64,000 bases of DNA, from NCBI RefSeq assembly GCF_006345805.1, contig NC_043003.1, positions 55,552,001-55,616,000 on the forward strand. Direction: 5' to 3'. The position numbers and the translations under genes were made by a program. This stretch comes from Octopus sinensis. Taxonomy: Eukaryota. Below, in pieces: positions 1 to 14,240 of this stretch (positions within the stretch are counted from its first letter, which is position 1; the number at the start of each line of letters is the position of its first letter). The notes beneath the pieces are model-generated. The model saw only the letters and a program-made list of their open reading frames with translations, was not told the DNA's origin and searched no databases.

Positions 1-129
1 TTGTTGATTATGAATCTCAAACGATTTCTCAAAAGATTTCTTTGCAAATAAAATGATGACGTAGTATCAAGACATAGTGTTTTGAGTTTCAAATATACAC
101 ACATTGATCAATAAAGCTTTTGGTGTGTT

Positions 130-1000
130 TTGTAGGAGCCATTTTGTGAGTGTTAATAAATAAATGTATCTTGAGAAATGGTTTTAAGAATGTGTTTACT
201 TTTACATGCCCTATAGCTTGGCAACGCTGGCCATAGATTTTTGTAAGTTGCAATTAAGAACTCTATATAATAGTGCACACTCGTCTCTTACTTACTTTTT
301 TTTTTCCAAAGAGACTACCAGTCTCGAACGTCTGCCACCTTTGCATGGAGGAGTGTCAATGTGTAAAAAGTTGAAAGTCAGCATAAATGTCACCGCTTCG
401 AGTGTTGAGTAAATAATAACACATAGAGCGTTGATATTCCGCTACGTTCTTTTCCAATGAATATATTTGGTTGAGGTCTGATTATATTTGACTAATATGA
501 TCGGAAATATTTTTTTATTCATATCTTCGGCTGGTGTTTCCTTGATCCAGATTTATTACGTTCGCTACTTCAATTCTACTGACCAACAACTGCTTCCATG
601 TGCTTTATAGGTTTCCAGCTCCATAGCCTTCATTATTGACTTTTCTTTTCCTGCTTGCTTCTATCTACAAAGTCAAGAGTGTTTATCATTTTTTTTCTTT
701 TGTTTGTATTGCAATGGTTGTTTTCGTTGTATCTTGAGTGGTCATAATCCTCGCTTTTAGTAGTTTATGTTTTTTTTTATCTAAGCCACTCCTTTCTTTT
801 TTACTTTTATAAATTTCTTTTATTTCCTTGTATTGCCGTTTCTGTTGTACTCTGATGTTACTCTACTGAGAATTCACAGGTTGTTTTCTTGATAAATTCT
901 GCTGTACTACTTTCATTAGGTGGTGAGGGATTAACATTTGTTTATACATTTTCTTTGTTGTTCATTCTTTTGCATTATTTTCAGTGTTCCTTCTTCATAT
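130..1000 (-). mobile_element. Highly decayed R4/Dong-like non-LTR retrotransposon fragment (region upstream of RT)
   Basis: Minus-strand fragmentary translations (e.g. IWIKETPAEDMNKKIFPIILVKY, WKRT*RNINAL) loosely resemble the region preceding the R4/Dong RT. Many stops and frameshifts. Confidence 0.35.
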
Positions 1001-1340
1001 GAACCGTTCCAGTTTTATTTATGAGATTTGTTTTATTATGTATTATAAATATGCATAGATTCAATAATATATTTGAATTTAGTTGCCGTGTTAGATCATA
1101 CGTTTCTTGTTCTACATATCTCATATGTCACTTTTATGTTAATGGCATGTGTTGGACATGGCATGACTATCTGTAATAGACATGTAATACATCAAGATAT
1201 TTTTTTGTTTTCGTTATATCATTCTCTTGTAGTTACCATTTTCTCCATTATGGTCGAAACGTATGCATATACACATACGGCTGTGTTTACGCTTTTGTGT
1301 TTGGGTGAGAGCAAGAGTGTATGTGTGTATGTGTGCGTGT

Positions 1341-1341
<1 letters not shown>

Positions 1342-1421
<80 letters not shown>
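1342..1421. repeat. (GA)n microsatellite
   Basis: About 40 GA units seen directly; source of the ERERER ORF. Confidence 0.98.
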
Positions 1422-1423
<2 letters not shown>

Positions 1424-1964
1424 TGATCTGATCGTTACTGGTAAGATGTAATTTACTATAACCTGTTTCTTGGTCTGGTCGTCGGTGACTAAATTGGTTC
1501 TCCTCCCAGGCTATCCTGGTGACCATCTGCACATGGCGAATGAGATCGTTGTAAAACCACATACTGATTAACAGCCGCTGAAAGTTTTCAAAGCATTTTG
1601 TTTTGATACAGACACTGAATTCAAACGATAGCCGTTCTGCGAACTCTTGGTTAAGCAAGATTAAAACTTAGAATCATCTGATATAAAACCTAATGTTCTT
1701 GTATGGTTCAGTCAATCCATTTCATTGTGTCATAAAAATCAAACCCAAGCCTTACACAAGCATTGCCTTCATTGCTGTTAAATGTGGATTAACTCAGACG
1801 AGATTCCCCGAAGTGTACCCTTAGATAATGTCTCAAGCATCCTCACATGATTTAGATCAAATTTTGTGATTCAAGTGAAATGCGAACTGGTACATTAGAG
1901 GGTGCTTACACATAAAATCGAGTGGGTGTCTAGTACAGTTTTGAATGCATGGAGTGTGGAGTGA

Positions 1965-2215
1965 TCATATATAATGGTTAGGCTGTTGCGTTCACGATCG
2001 CTAGATTGTAGGTTTGATTACCTGACTGGGTGACACGATGTGATCTTAAGCAAAAGATTTCATTTCGTGTTGCTCCAATCCACCTTTCAATCGGGGGGAA
2101 TGGTGGCCTGTTCGCCCAGCCATCGGTTGGCGTCATTTGAAGGCTAAATCAATGTAAAAGCGCATTGTGACAAGCGATGCGTATTATCTGATAGCTTGGA
2201 CGGTCACGTGATTAC
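1965..2215 (+). mobile_element. Degenerate tRNA-derived SINE
   Basis: Decayed A-box/B-box-like head (taatggttagg...ggtttgattacc). The body segment ggcgtcatttgaaggctaaa...gcgcattgtgac matches the reverse complement of 22630-22690. Confidence 0.55.
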
Positions 2216-2571
2216 GTGATGAATTTATATACATATGTGTGTGTGTTCGTGTGTGTGAGCATATGTGTTTGTGTGTGTCTGTATGTGGGTGTGTGTTTGT
2301 GTGTACAATATAGGTCTCTCACTTCCTTCGGGAGTAGATGTTTTGAAAAGTAAACCGTATCTCCTACTCTCAAGAATCTAAGGTAAGCTAACTTCTAAAC
2401 AGGATTTGGGAATGAGGAGGGCAAAGACATCAAAATCCCTCCATTCACCAATGACAACTATTAAACGATGCCAAATGAAGGAGAAGCATCATCACTTGGT
2501 ACTTTTGCACCGTGGCCACAAAACTGAGCAGAAAGTAGTAAAAGAGTAAATATATATATATTTACACCAGC

Positions 2572-2603
<32 letters not shown>

Positions 2604-4284
2604 TACATATCGCCAGTATGCCCTACAATTGATACGACCTGTTCCTAACAACCACATGCATTAGCAATCCTCAAGTATTGGACGAGTGTATGCAGAAAGG
2701 ATTCATCACTCATCGAACTTATCGATTAGTTGGGTTGGAGTATTTTCCTCCCATCACTCCGTTAATATTACCATGGAAAAGATTTATGGAAATATTGATA
2801 ATTCCCTTCCTGAAAATATTTCAGAATAGACTAACAAATTGCTTTTTATCGTTGCTCAAAGTTAGCACGAGGACGTTGAATTGTTCGCCACCGATTTTAT
2901 ACAGAAGGAAAAACGTAGAGTTTAAACTTCGCGCATTGCCTGACTTGTAGAGATATATTAGCCCTTAAAGACATTCCACACGACAAGTCCCCTACCACGG
3001 CCTTTGCTTGATCAGGGCAGCAACTAAGTTATAGAAAAGACACAGAAAAAAGTGTCTGACAAACGTTGCTTGTACAATTTCATCGTCAAAGTCTTTTGTT
3101 TTTGATCAGTTGGAAATCTCCCCTGTTCTGTATTTTTTAAATTTCTGTGTTTGTATATTATTTTGTTAGTGTGATGAAATCATTTTGTGTAATGTTTGTG
3201 TGTTGACGTATATGTTTCTCTAATTCTTTTTCCAATGTGTCAATGGCTGTATGGTGTTATGTTTCGTTACGGGTTTTATTCTTGTTGTTTGTATTTATTG
3301 TCGTACTTGTAGCGTTCATGGTGTCTGTGGCAGGTGTTTTCGGTATTATTGTTGGCATTGTAATCCCTTCAATTTCCTCCTCTCGAATCTACAGCGCCAG
3401 GATTTTTTATTTGGTGGGGAGAGTACTGTGTTGTCTTTACTTTGGTTCTGCCTTCAAATTCCCATATTTCATCCTTGTCCCCTCGTTGCAAGGAATGTCT
3501 GAATGATTTGAAATGTGGTGAAACATAAGTTCTCGTATGGCCTTGAGGTTGTCGAGATTCTGTCGACGATCTAGCTTCTATAGTTTTTGTTATGGACACG
3601 TAGATCTCCTGACGTTCCCTTTCTGTTCAGTTCATGTATGACAACTAGTTCTTTCGCATCCACTTTGACGTGAAGGGCGGAAATACAGGTATCCTATTCA
3701 TCACTTGGGACATATATGGTACATCACCTGCCGACAGGCTAAAATTACATGAATTTTAGTGAATGGAATTTTTTGATTATTAAGTTGTAGAAAAAAAAAT
3801 CAGGTGAAAACTTCAAAAACCTGAAGTGGGTAAAAGAAATTTACCAAGATGCAAATTTTCACAGACTTTCAATAAAATTTTAATACTCACCATCTCTCTC
3901 TCTCAAACCGGTAAACAACACACATATGTAACACACATACATATTTTCATATACACATATAGAACACATAATCCTACACACGCTTTGCGTCACACATACT
4001 TACACATAAAACACTCACACAGACACATATGTAAACGCACATACACACACACACACAAATGTATAGATATATCATTCTGCCTAGATTATATAACGGTTTG
4101 TATTTTGGTACTTCGTTCGTTTCTTTTTCATTTACTGTTCAATTTTTCATTATTCTAATTCATTCTTTTCACTTTTTTAACATATTGTTGATTTAATTTG
4201 ACTTTCCTAATAAATTATTCCATACATAAATACACACTGATCGATTGTATCACATGGAAAAAAAAAGTCAATATCAGATATCAA

Positions 4285-4530
4285 CAGATGATGCCAAATA
4301 TTGTCAGGAAGCGACAAGGGCAAAGAAACAACAAGAAAGAGCTGAGATGATGGCAACCGAAGTCTAGGACAACTGAGTCAGAGCAGAAACGACAGAAACA
4401 AGACTTAAAATGATAGTAATCCACGTTTCCTGGAAGCGTGACAAAGAAGAAATAGCAGAAACCTAAATTCTCCAAGATCAATGCCGGTGCATTCAAAAAT
4501 TAGAGGGTCAAGATTGCTAGAATTAAGATC
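4285..4530 (+). mobile_element. Decayed R4/Dong-like LINE C-terminal fragment
   Basis: EIAET*ILQDQC resembles the KxETExxIxAAQDQAL motif; otherwise very decayed. Confidence 0.3.
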
Positions 4531-4894
4531 ACTACACCATAAAGATGTTTAGCAGACCTAGGTCCTGATACAGTTGTATTTTTCAGTAATTATACATAAA
4601 TCACAAGGACAGACCACGCATTGTTCCAGTGAAAATTTTAGAACGACGTCAGGTGTCCAGAAAACTAGTCATATTAACTGTTATCTTTTAAACAGTCAAG
4701 AAGGACAGCTGTCTTTCTTTTTAATGCGAGAAACATTATCATTAGGCATTTCGTTCATCGCGTTTCTTCATGCTTTTAGCATATTCATTTTCTTCTGATT
4801 AAGGAAGCTCAGATGTCAACTCACACAAACACACAGACACACACACACACACGCACACACACACATATAGATATATATATAAACTGAGAGAGAT

Positions 4895-4932
<38 letters not shown>

Positions 4933-5035
4933 GTTCATGTATATATATATACATATATTCATGTATATATATATATATAGATATATATATATATATATAC
5001 ATACACACACATTATATATATGTATATATACATAT

Positions 5036-5067
<32 letters not shown>

Positions 5068-5441
5068 ATATATACAAATTAGTAAATAAATGGCACAACT
5101 AAGTACCGATATTTACTGGAAATAGCGAACGTAAAAATACGACGCTAATGTGTAGCTTCACGCGTATGTATTAGCAAAAATGCGTGTGTGCAACAAAATA
5201 GAGAAAAAAAAACCGTCTTACCTCCAGGGAGAACATCTGAAGATGAAACACCCGGAAAATGGATAATGTGGTACCTGCAGGTTCAGGTTTTGCAAGATAT
5301 GTCTCTCACCCATATTTTGCTTTACCTTCTTCAGCCAAACATATACCAAGACGAAATCTACGATGTTAGCACATTAATACTAACACACTCGACTGAAATA
5401 CGGAACGCTAACAGTACGAGAAACGGTGAAGAAGTTTCAAA

Positions 5442-5520
<79 letters not shown>

Positions 5521-5525
5521 GTATA

Positions 5526-6238
5526 TAGGGTTGGCAAGGAAGTAGTTTTGCATTTCCCAAATAGATAGAGTTACGATGTTTTGAATGACTTTTGTCAGTG
5601 TTATGATTCTTTTTCCTTTTGACATGTGATAGCCGTTACCTGTAACTTACTTTAGAAGAGAAATGTGTGAAATTTAATTTGCAGCAGTTAGTTCAGTGTC
5701 AACTTCAACATGGATTTCAAAAACGAATATTTTTGCCATGTTTTGCTTTTTTCTATTTCCGTAAAGGCAAGAAAGCTGCTGAGGCTCACAAAGATATATG
5801 TGACGTTTTGGTGTTGATTGCTTAAAAGGACGCACATGTCAGAAATGGCTTTAAAATCCCGTTAAGGTGGCTTTTAATTCAAAGATGATCAACATTCTCG
5901 CCGACCTACATAAGTTGAACCAAAGCCATAATTGAATCTTATAGCCATGTAACTGTGAGAGAGATTGGAGAGACGTTAAGTTATAATACTCAACAATTGA
6001 AAATCACTTAAAATGTCTTGGACTCGTTAAGAAGCTCGATCTTTGGGTTTCATATAAATTGAAAGTGATTCACTTAACTCAACGAGTTAATATTTCCGTT
6101 ATGCGTCTCAAATGCAATGAAATTGTCCTTTTCTAAAACGAATCATCACTGGTCATGAATAAATGGATTATTTGCAATGACATCAATCGAAAATAATCAT
6201 GGTCCAAGCATAATGAACCAGCACAAATCTCATCTCGG
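5526..6238 (+). mobile_element. Mariner (Mos1/mellifera-like) transposon, 5' half, pseudogenised transposase
   Basis: TIR-like tagggttggcaaggaagt after a TA tract. ATG at 5710 gives MDFKNEYFCHVL..RKGKKAAEAHKDICDV. FLKRIITGHE at ~6130 (consensus FLKRIITGDEKW) is followed by KWIICNDINRK*SWSKHNEPAQ. Multiple stops and frameshifts; truncated at ~6240. Confidence 0.9.
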
Positions 6239-6239
6239 A

Positions 6240-6365
6240 TTGACACATATTGCATCGCTCCTTATGTTTTTCTAAGCGCTGTAGAAGAACTCGGAAGTTT
6301 TGGCCTCCAACGAGGCATTTCGCGATAGCCTTACGGCCAAGAACTTTTCAGCACGTCCTCGTATA
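6240..6365 (-). mobile_element. Non-autonomous mariner deletion derivative (MITE-like)
   Basis: Minus strand starts tatacgaggacgtgctgaaaagttcttggcc (mariner-type TIR) and soon joins the transposase C-terminus (ALEKHKERCNMC). Related to 36371-36560. Confidence 0.7.
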
Positions 6366-7169
6366 AATACATTATATACATACATACATACATGCATACA
6401 TATATATATATATATATTATATATATATATATATGTATATATATGTATGTATGTATGTATATGTATATGTATATATATATGCGTGTGTGTGTTTTTAGTA
6501 TGTATTTATCTATATACACACATATATATATATTGTATTTACTTATACGTATAAATATAGGTAGACAAACACATGCACATATACACACATATAGTTAAAT
6601 ATATGAAGGTATGATTGTATGAGTGTATTTAAATATGTCGTGAGGTTCTACAGCCTGTTTGTACGCTTAAGCATTGGTTGATTTTTTTCAAATTATATTC
6701 CTTCAAACATTTTATGTGTTCTTTTGTGTATGTACATTTATCTCTTTTTTTTTTCTCAGAGACAAAATCTTATCTTTTCTTTTTTTCACCCTGAAATATC
6801 GAATAATTCAAGTAAATTATCGTTCTGAAATGTTTTGATCTCTTATATAAAATATATGGTGTAGGTTCGAATTTTTATAAGCATCCAATTATTTTTGTGA
6901 TGAGTATATTTTTTTCAAAGCAAATAATTCTATACTTTTAGAATAATATCACATTAAAAATAATCTATGGTGATCTTTCTTTCATTTCTCGTTTAATAAT
7001 CCACTTGTAGCTTGTAATATACTCACTTAAAATGGAGGTGACAAAAGCGTCTCACACTTCCTCTGGCAACCAATCTCGGTATAATATTGTCAACATATAT
7101 ACATTTCATTCATTCATATATACATCTATGCAAGCATAGATACATATACATACAATCGTTTACATATAT

Positions 7170-7209
<40 letters not shown>

Positions 7210-8238
7210 TTTTATGTGAATATATGCTTGTGTGCTAAAGCTAATATTTTTTTAATGTAAAATGTATATAATTATGTGCATATATAGACATATATAGATA
7301 AAGCATACTTACGTGTGCTTTTCTCTCTCATTCTCTGTTTCTTTTTCCCTCTGTCAATCTGTGTAAATATATATACATATACGTGCAACTGTATGAACAA
7401 AAAGCAAGAGAGAGCACGAAAGCGAACGAGTGAGAGGCAGACAATTTCCGAGTAACATATATCTTGAGATACATGTTTTTTATTGAGTGTGTGTTTGTGT
7501 ATGTATGTGTGCGTGCGCGTGTATGCGTGTGTCGACTGAGTTTACGTGCATTGGTGAATTTTAATCTTACATTTAACATAGGATTAGATAATATACGGTT
7601 TCGCACTTTTGTTTAACATGCTCATTCGTCTCTGTATATGTATGCAGCTGTGTCACATCACGTCATATCTACGTGCAGTGACACATATATTTACATACAT
7701 ATATCACTTATATATTTACCATTATATCATACAAATCGAAGTGATCTTTCTTTCTTTCTGTACCAAAGAAAAATTGTGAATATATAAATAAATAATTACG
7801 TAACAAATACTAGGGCTTCTCTTTGGATAGTTTCAAAATTAAATATAGTTATTGCTATACTGTATTCAGTGGTTCGCTTTGCATATATTCGGAATAGTGA
7901 AAAGCAATAAAATTAGCTATTCAATGTGATAACCACCTTTAGTATCACCATCAGCAGTGAAAGTTGAACCACATCTGTTGCTAGTCGATTAATTCATCAT
8001 AATCCAATATTCCGAATTTTGTTTCGAAGAGCAACCAAGTTTTTGGAGTACAATGAAATAATAATCATTGGGACTGCTGCATGGTGTGGCGTTGGAGTGT
8101 TTAGGATAGCAGATCGACCGCAGTACTTATTCTGTACATGTGGTACCTTTTTCAGCGATGTCTTAACCTAAACCCCCCATGTTGACAGGAAGTAAACAAG
8201 CTATCTATTTATCTCTCTCTCTCTCCGTATATATATAT

Positions 8239-8325
<87 letters not shown>

Positions 8326-8473
8326 ATATGTATATATCTGTTTGTGTTTCTTATTAATCTCACAGCCTAGAAATAAAACACAATGAATTAGACAATCGTC
8401 TGACAAGCAAGATGTGGGTGGATTCGGTTTCAAATCTCAGATTGGTTGGCAGGGCTAAGTGATCTCCCATATA

Positions 8474-8516
<43 letters not shown>

Positions 8517-8774
8517 GTGTGTGTGTGTATTAATGATTGTTATTTTATAACAAAATGATGTGTTATAACAAACTGGAGGATTGCTCAATACACTTGGAAA
8601 CTTCGAAGTCACTTCTAATACTTTTCTTCTCTTAGAAGAATAGAATTAACAATAGCTTCGAAGTTTCGAATATCTAATCAGCTGTCGGTTTATAATTAAT
8701 TGAAGTTCATTTAGGTCATATATAGGCTCTGTTTCGTTAAAATTTTCCTGGTCAGAACGGGTTATTAATACCGA

Positions 8775-9500
8775 TACAGAAGAGAGCTAATATTTGCAGA
8801 AGACTGCGTGGAGTTAGCAAGAGTACATATAGATTCGTATTCTGGTAAAAGTGAAGAATGTTATTAAGACCTGCTGGAGTCACAGCTAAACATGGGAAAA
8901 TAAAACAAAAACGAAGTTAAGCCAAAAAAGTTAATATGACTGGCAGGAGAAGTCTTTGCATGGTAGGTCCCCAAAGCTAGTTGCTGCAAATAGCGGTAGT
9001 GAGACGTGGTTACAGTTGTAGAAAGGAAGGCTGAAAAGGGAGAGAAATAGTTTATTCGTAGCATGACAATATCAAGCATTAAGAACTGATTGGATAAAAG
9101 CTAAGATAGACAAAAACAAACTAGATTGCCAATGTAGGTTAGGCAAATCAACAAGTGGAGTGTGTTACTGATATAGGAAGTGAATGTTGGATACAGATAT
9201 ACAAAGAATACAAGAAAAGATAGGACAACATAAGGAGAGTAACCCACTGGGAGTCATTTAGAAATCTAGGACTTGAAAATACTGTTAAATGGTATGAACA
9301 TGAACCTAGCAAGGTGCATTAGGATAAGGTGGCTAGAGGAAATAAGCAAAAAAACCAGTTTAGAACAGCTCCGGAAAACAATGTTATTAGGAACAGCTAG
9401 GATACCTAGGACGGTTCTTGGCATCTAAAGTTACTTGTTGTAGCCCGATGTTAGGAATTTTGCTTTTCCAACAACAATAATAATAACAATAATAATATCA
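8775..9500 (+). mobile_element. 3' end of an R4/Dong-type (RLE-clade) non-LTR retrotransposon
   Basis: RELIFAEDCVELAR; QALRTDWIKAKIDK..CQCRL..ECVTDIGSEC (decayed CCHC); EYKKR*D..HW..KWYEHEPSKV; LEQLRKTMLLGTARI. Ends in an (AAC/AAT)n tail at ~9470-9500. Confidence 0.85.
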
Positions 9501-9599
9501 TAATTTTAACTTCCGAATAAAAATTACGGTGGGGAAAATCCAATATTAATAATATTAATACGAATATATATAGATAAGAGAAAATTGGATCAAGGAATA

Positions 9600-10410
9600 T
9601 TTAGTATAATACTGTATTCACATTTTCAATAGCTACCAATACTCCTTGAGAATTCTTTGCTGCCCTAGATAAATATTTCCAACTTCCAGGTAAACATGGG
9701 AAATTATTTTATCGCCATATTATAAAGTATTCGTATTCAACCACCGGAAATTTAGCTGCGACCAAAACAGCCCACAATAAGCAGAGACTCATAAATCTAT
9801 AAACAAGATTAAAATAAATAATGTGTATTGTGAAATTAACTCAAATGATAATTTTCCTGAATTAAGTTTCCATTCTTTAGGTGTATATAATTATGATAAT
9901 ATAGTCAAGATATCACCTAATTTTAATATCAATTTTAATAACATCAATAGACACAACTTAACCTCTAATTCTGAGAAATAGACTGGTAGAAATTATTTTC
10001 ACCATGAGTAGCAAATACAACTGAAATAATGCCTGCTTAATTGTAAGAATAAAATTGTATACCTTTAGAAAATCAGTGCAAGTTAATAACTAGGGATCCT
10101 AAGTATTATTATATTGGTTCATCTGGAACAATTTGGATATGCAGATTTCATCATCATTCTCCCTTATTTAAGCATAGGAGAAAAACGCAATTCTACAAAT
10201 CTTAGTATATGCATTTAGAATTTATATATAGGAATATTAAGTATGAATAAAAGTGGTCCAATATTAGTTACGCATCATCGTACAATATTGTTTAATTCCA
10301 CATGTGTTCTTTGCCTTGAAGAAATGTATTTTAAAATTTCTTCTAAATTATCTTTATTAAATTTTAATGGGAGTTTTACAATGAAATGATATCATAAATT
10401 TCGAAAGACA
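9600..10410 (+). mobile_element. Penelope-like element fragment (linker + GIY-YIG endonuclease), decayed
   Basis: EFFAALDKYFQLPGKHGKLFYRHIIKYSYSTTGNL..AHNK (PLE linker); YYYIGSSG (YIG motif); CVLCLEEMYFKI..LLN..K*YHK (PLE C-terminal CxLCxxE..LLN..CRH). Confidence 0.75.
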
Positions 10411-11208
10411 GTTAAATGTTTCGATTCTTAATTACAATTGCTTTTCATATATTATACAAAACGGTTAATGTTTCCATAAAGGTTATTACATTTAATGAAT
10501 GGATAGCTATTGTTTCTAATTATCATTTCTTAGGATTCTTAACTTTATTAATATTCTTTACTTATCACCCTACGTCACCAATATTTGGATACAAAAATAG
10601 CATTTATTAAATTATATTTCTCTGTCTTTCTAATTGTAATGTAGAATTCCTATGTTTTTTTTTTATTTTACTCTTACTTTTAAAAATTTTAACGTTTCAG
10701 TCATGCGGTGGCGATCATTTTATTATATTTTATATTATTTTTCGTTATCTCCTGACATCACCATTAGTTCAATACAGATATGTCTTAGATGGAATTCTTT
10801 GTTAGCATTCCTTTTGTAGGTGTTAGTGTACTGGAAATATTTCATTTCTTTACTTTGAATTCCACTGATTTTGGATAACCTTGATAACGTTTTGTTAACA
10901 TATTTTCGGAAATATCAATTTCACCGAAATTTTCTATACCTATAAACGTCAACACAATAGAAATTACTGTCAGCTTTATAATGCGAATTCAACAATAAAG
11001 ATGAAATTTTCTCTACATCTATTTTCGTGCTGTCAAATTCTCCGAATTTCTTGAAATTCTTCTACATGATATTTGGATCCCCTTGTAAAACGTAAGGGTT
11101 TACTTTGGCTGTGTAATCTACTTACATTAGCTAGTCTCTGATTGTTGGATATTCTTTTAAAACTGAGTGCTTATTGGGTGATTCTGGGGAAAATTTAATC
11201 ACCTTTTA

Positions 11209-11265
<57 letters not shown>

Positions 11266-11454
11266 ATATTTCGGAATGGTCATTTTGCCAGTTTAGCCAA
11301 TAAAAACACACGCACTATATATTTGGTGTTATTTTGCTTCAGTGTTATTTATTTTTTTACATTAATCTTAATCTTATTTCGGCCAGAGTTCTTTCGTCAC
11401 ACTCCTGTGACCGCATCAGTGGTCCTTTGTTTTCTTCTTTCTTATATGTGTCTC

Positions 11455-11656
11455 TCCTTACTAACCGTTAGCCATTTTGTATTTCGTCTGCCGTTACGTT
11501 CTGAGTTCAAATTCCGCCGAGGTCGACTTTGCCTTTCATCCTTTCGCGGTCGATAAATTAAGTACCAGTTATGCACTGGAGTCAATGTAATCGACTTAAT
11601 CCCTTTGTCTGTCCTTGTTTGTCCACTCTATGTTTATCCCGTTGTGGGTAGTAAAG

Positions 11657-11660
<4 letters not shown>
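11455..11660 (+). mobile_element. tRNA-derived SINE (family with core gtcgactttgcctttcatcctttcggggtcgataaattaagtaccag)
   Basis: Near-identical to the reverse complement of 51656-51885 and similar to 42820-43230. Confidence 0.9.
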
Positions 11661-11692
<32 letters not shown>

Positions 11693-11699
11693 GACAGGC

Positions 11700-11830
11700 T
11701 TTTTTCAGCCTCCATCTAACAAATTCCCTCCAAAGACAATGGTCAAACTGCCGCTATAGAGGAAGACACAAGCTGAAAGTGCCATGCAGTCTGACTGAAC
11801 ACAGAACCAAGCTTCTTAGCATACAGCCAC
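11700..11830 (-). mobile_element. 5' half of microsatellite-containing SINE family, decayed
   Basis: Reverse complement resembles the head ggcgtaggagtggctgtgtggtaagtagcttgc at 58716. Confidence 0.6.
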
Positions 11831-11992
11831 GCCTACCTGTATATGTATATATGTATATATGTGTTTGTGTATGTGCGTATGTGTTTGTATTTGCGTGTGT
11901 ATTTATGTATGCATGTATGCATGCCTGTATATATATATATATACAAGTATGTATGTATGTCTCTCTCTCTCTCTCTCTTTGTGTATATAGTA

Positions 11993-12057
<65 letters not shown>

Positions 12058-12716
12058 ACACACATGATTGTATGTCGTGTATATATGCGTAGAAGTATTT
12101 GCTGCTGTGATTGGGGTATTGGAAAATTTCGTGAATGTGTGTCTGTATATGCATGTGTGTGCGTGTACGTGAGTGTATGTGTGAGTATGTGTGCGTGCCA
12201 GTGATATAGACAGAAACAGATACTGAATAAGGGGGAAGTTATAGAGGCATTAACTTTATATGTAGCAATAGCGTAATAGACGCAATTAATTGTTAATTTC
12301 CGCATGAAGTTTAACTCTTTATTGATTAACAACTAAATGTTTCTGGCAGAGACCTTCAATGAAAGAACTGCTTTTAATCAAATCGTGCGTGCACACACCT
12401 ACCCGCGCACACTGACTCACACACGCCCGTTCGCACGCATACACACACAGTCACACGCACATACAATCCCCGGTATTGATGCATTATCCGAAATATATGC
12501 GCATATATTATACACATCCATGCTTACAGTTTAAGTCTCCCCATTACATTCGCACATTCTGTTTACATATACTCTGTTTATGTAAGTTTGTATGAGTTTA
12601 TCTATAACTTCTTATACTATATGTGACGCAACCTGACACAAAACACACACACACGTACAGTCATGAATGCACCCACACACACGCGCATATCACAAAAATA
12701 ATATCCTACTAATATG

Positions 12717-12749
<33 letters not shown>

Positions 12750-12795
12750 ATTTTATATCTGTATGTATGTATAAATATCTATTTGTATATGTATA

Positions 12796-12850
<55 letters not shown>

Positions 12851-13964
12851 CTCCTCCCAGCCTTAGTTTTCTTACCTCATTCTCTCTAATATATATATGC
12901 ATGCTAATACAAGACCCACATTAGACTCCTCACTCATATCACTATCGAATCAAGAGCTTAACTACGATCTGTCCATGACACTTATTTCGTTTTATCTGAC
13001 ATTCTTTTGGTCTTATAGATAACACTACCTATCATATATATATACGCTCATGAAGAGAAATAATGAGAATAAATATATTCTGTTAGGAACGTGGTAGAGT
13101 ACAGTATAAAATTCGACAACCTTCAGAATTACCCTGTACTATCCGGTAGTATTATTATATACTTCTAAGTTTATGTTTGCGTATTCGTCGTATGTGAATA
13201 TAAACTTGGAGAAATGCAGTCAACAAGGTGTACGTTAGGACATTTATTTCTTAATCACCACAGTTTTTTTCCAACCAGTGTAGTTCTCAAATACAAGTAT
13301 TTGATTATGCAACTGATTGTTTGCATAATAAGATCCAATTTTCTATCCTCAGGTGATATTCAAGTGCTACCTCCTTTATCTTCGACTTCAAGGTCATCCC
13401 ATCCGTCCGTCGGCCTCGCTTTGAATTCCGTAGCAGTCGGTTGATTTGTGTTGTTTAGTGACAGCGTGTGTTTGTTGGACTGCTATGCATAGTAGGGGAT
13501 GGCTTTTTTGGTACCGGCTGATCGCTCACCTATTCTTCATGGTTGGCTGCACATGCGAATTTTATTAGCCGGACTTCAATATTCACTGGTCGGATACATA
13601 CACCCATACACACATATACCCTCCCACAAACAAACAAACTTATGTATATATGCCTCAATGCACACAGAGATACGCTCACGTATACAAACATTTACCTACA
13701 AACGCATATACACATACGTATATTTTAGCATATATATATAGATAGATATACAACCGTATACATGTATACACATACACATACACCGATCAACATATACACT
13801 TGTGTATACAATCTCTCGCGCATAATGTAATATACACATGTCGACATACATACACACATAGATGAGTGAAGAAACATACTCATTTTGACTTGTGCATACG
13901 ATCGTATATATACGCTCGTAGACTCTCCTCCACCACATATATAATCTTTTATTCATTTACTTGT

Positions 13965-14147
13965 TTCAATTCTTTGACTGCGGCCACGCTAGGGGACCAC
14001 CCTTAATCGAACAAATTGACCCCAGGACTTATTCTTTGTAAGTCTAGTACTTATTCTATCGGTCTTTTATGGCTGGACCTCTAAATGACGGATACATATA
14101 CACAACATCGAACGATGGTGAGGGACAAACACAGACACAAATAAAAA

Positions 14148-14185
<38 letters not shown>

Positions 14186-14240
14186 GATGGTCTTCTTTTA
14201 GTTTCCGTCTACCAAATCAACTCGCTAGGCTTTCCATCTC
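13965..14240 (-). mobile_element. Microsatellite-containing SINE, 5'-truncated
   Basis: Reverse complement contains gatttggtagacggaaactaaagaagacc, an internal TA tract and gaataagtactagacttacaaagaataagtcctggggtc. Confidence 0.8.

Noticed and set aside
2678-2950. 90-aa non-repetitive ORF
   Set aside because: No recognisable motif in any frame; probably decayed TE or chance.
3237-3600. Hydrophobic membrane-protein-like ORFs
   Set aside because: They arise from T-rich antisense of an A/C-rich, probably LINE-derived segment; no family motif.
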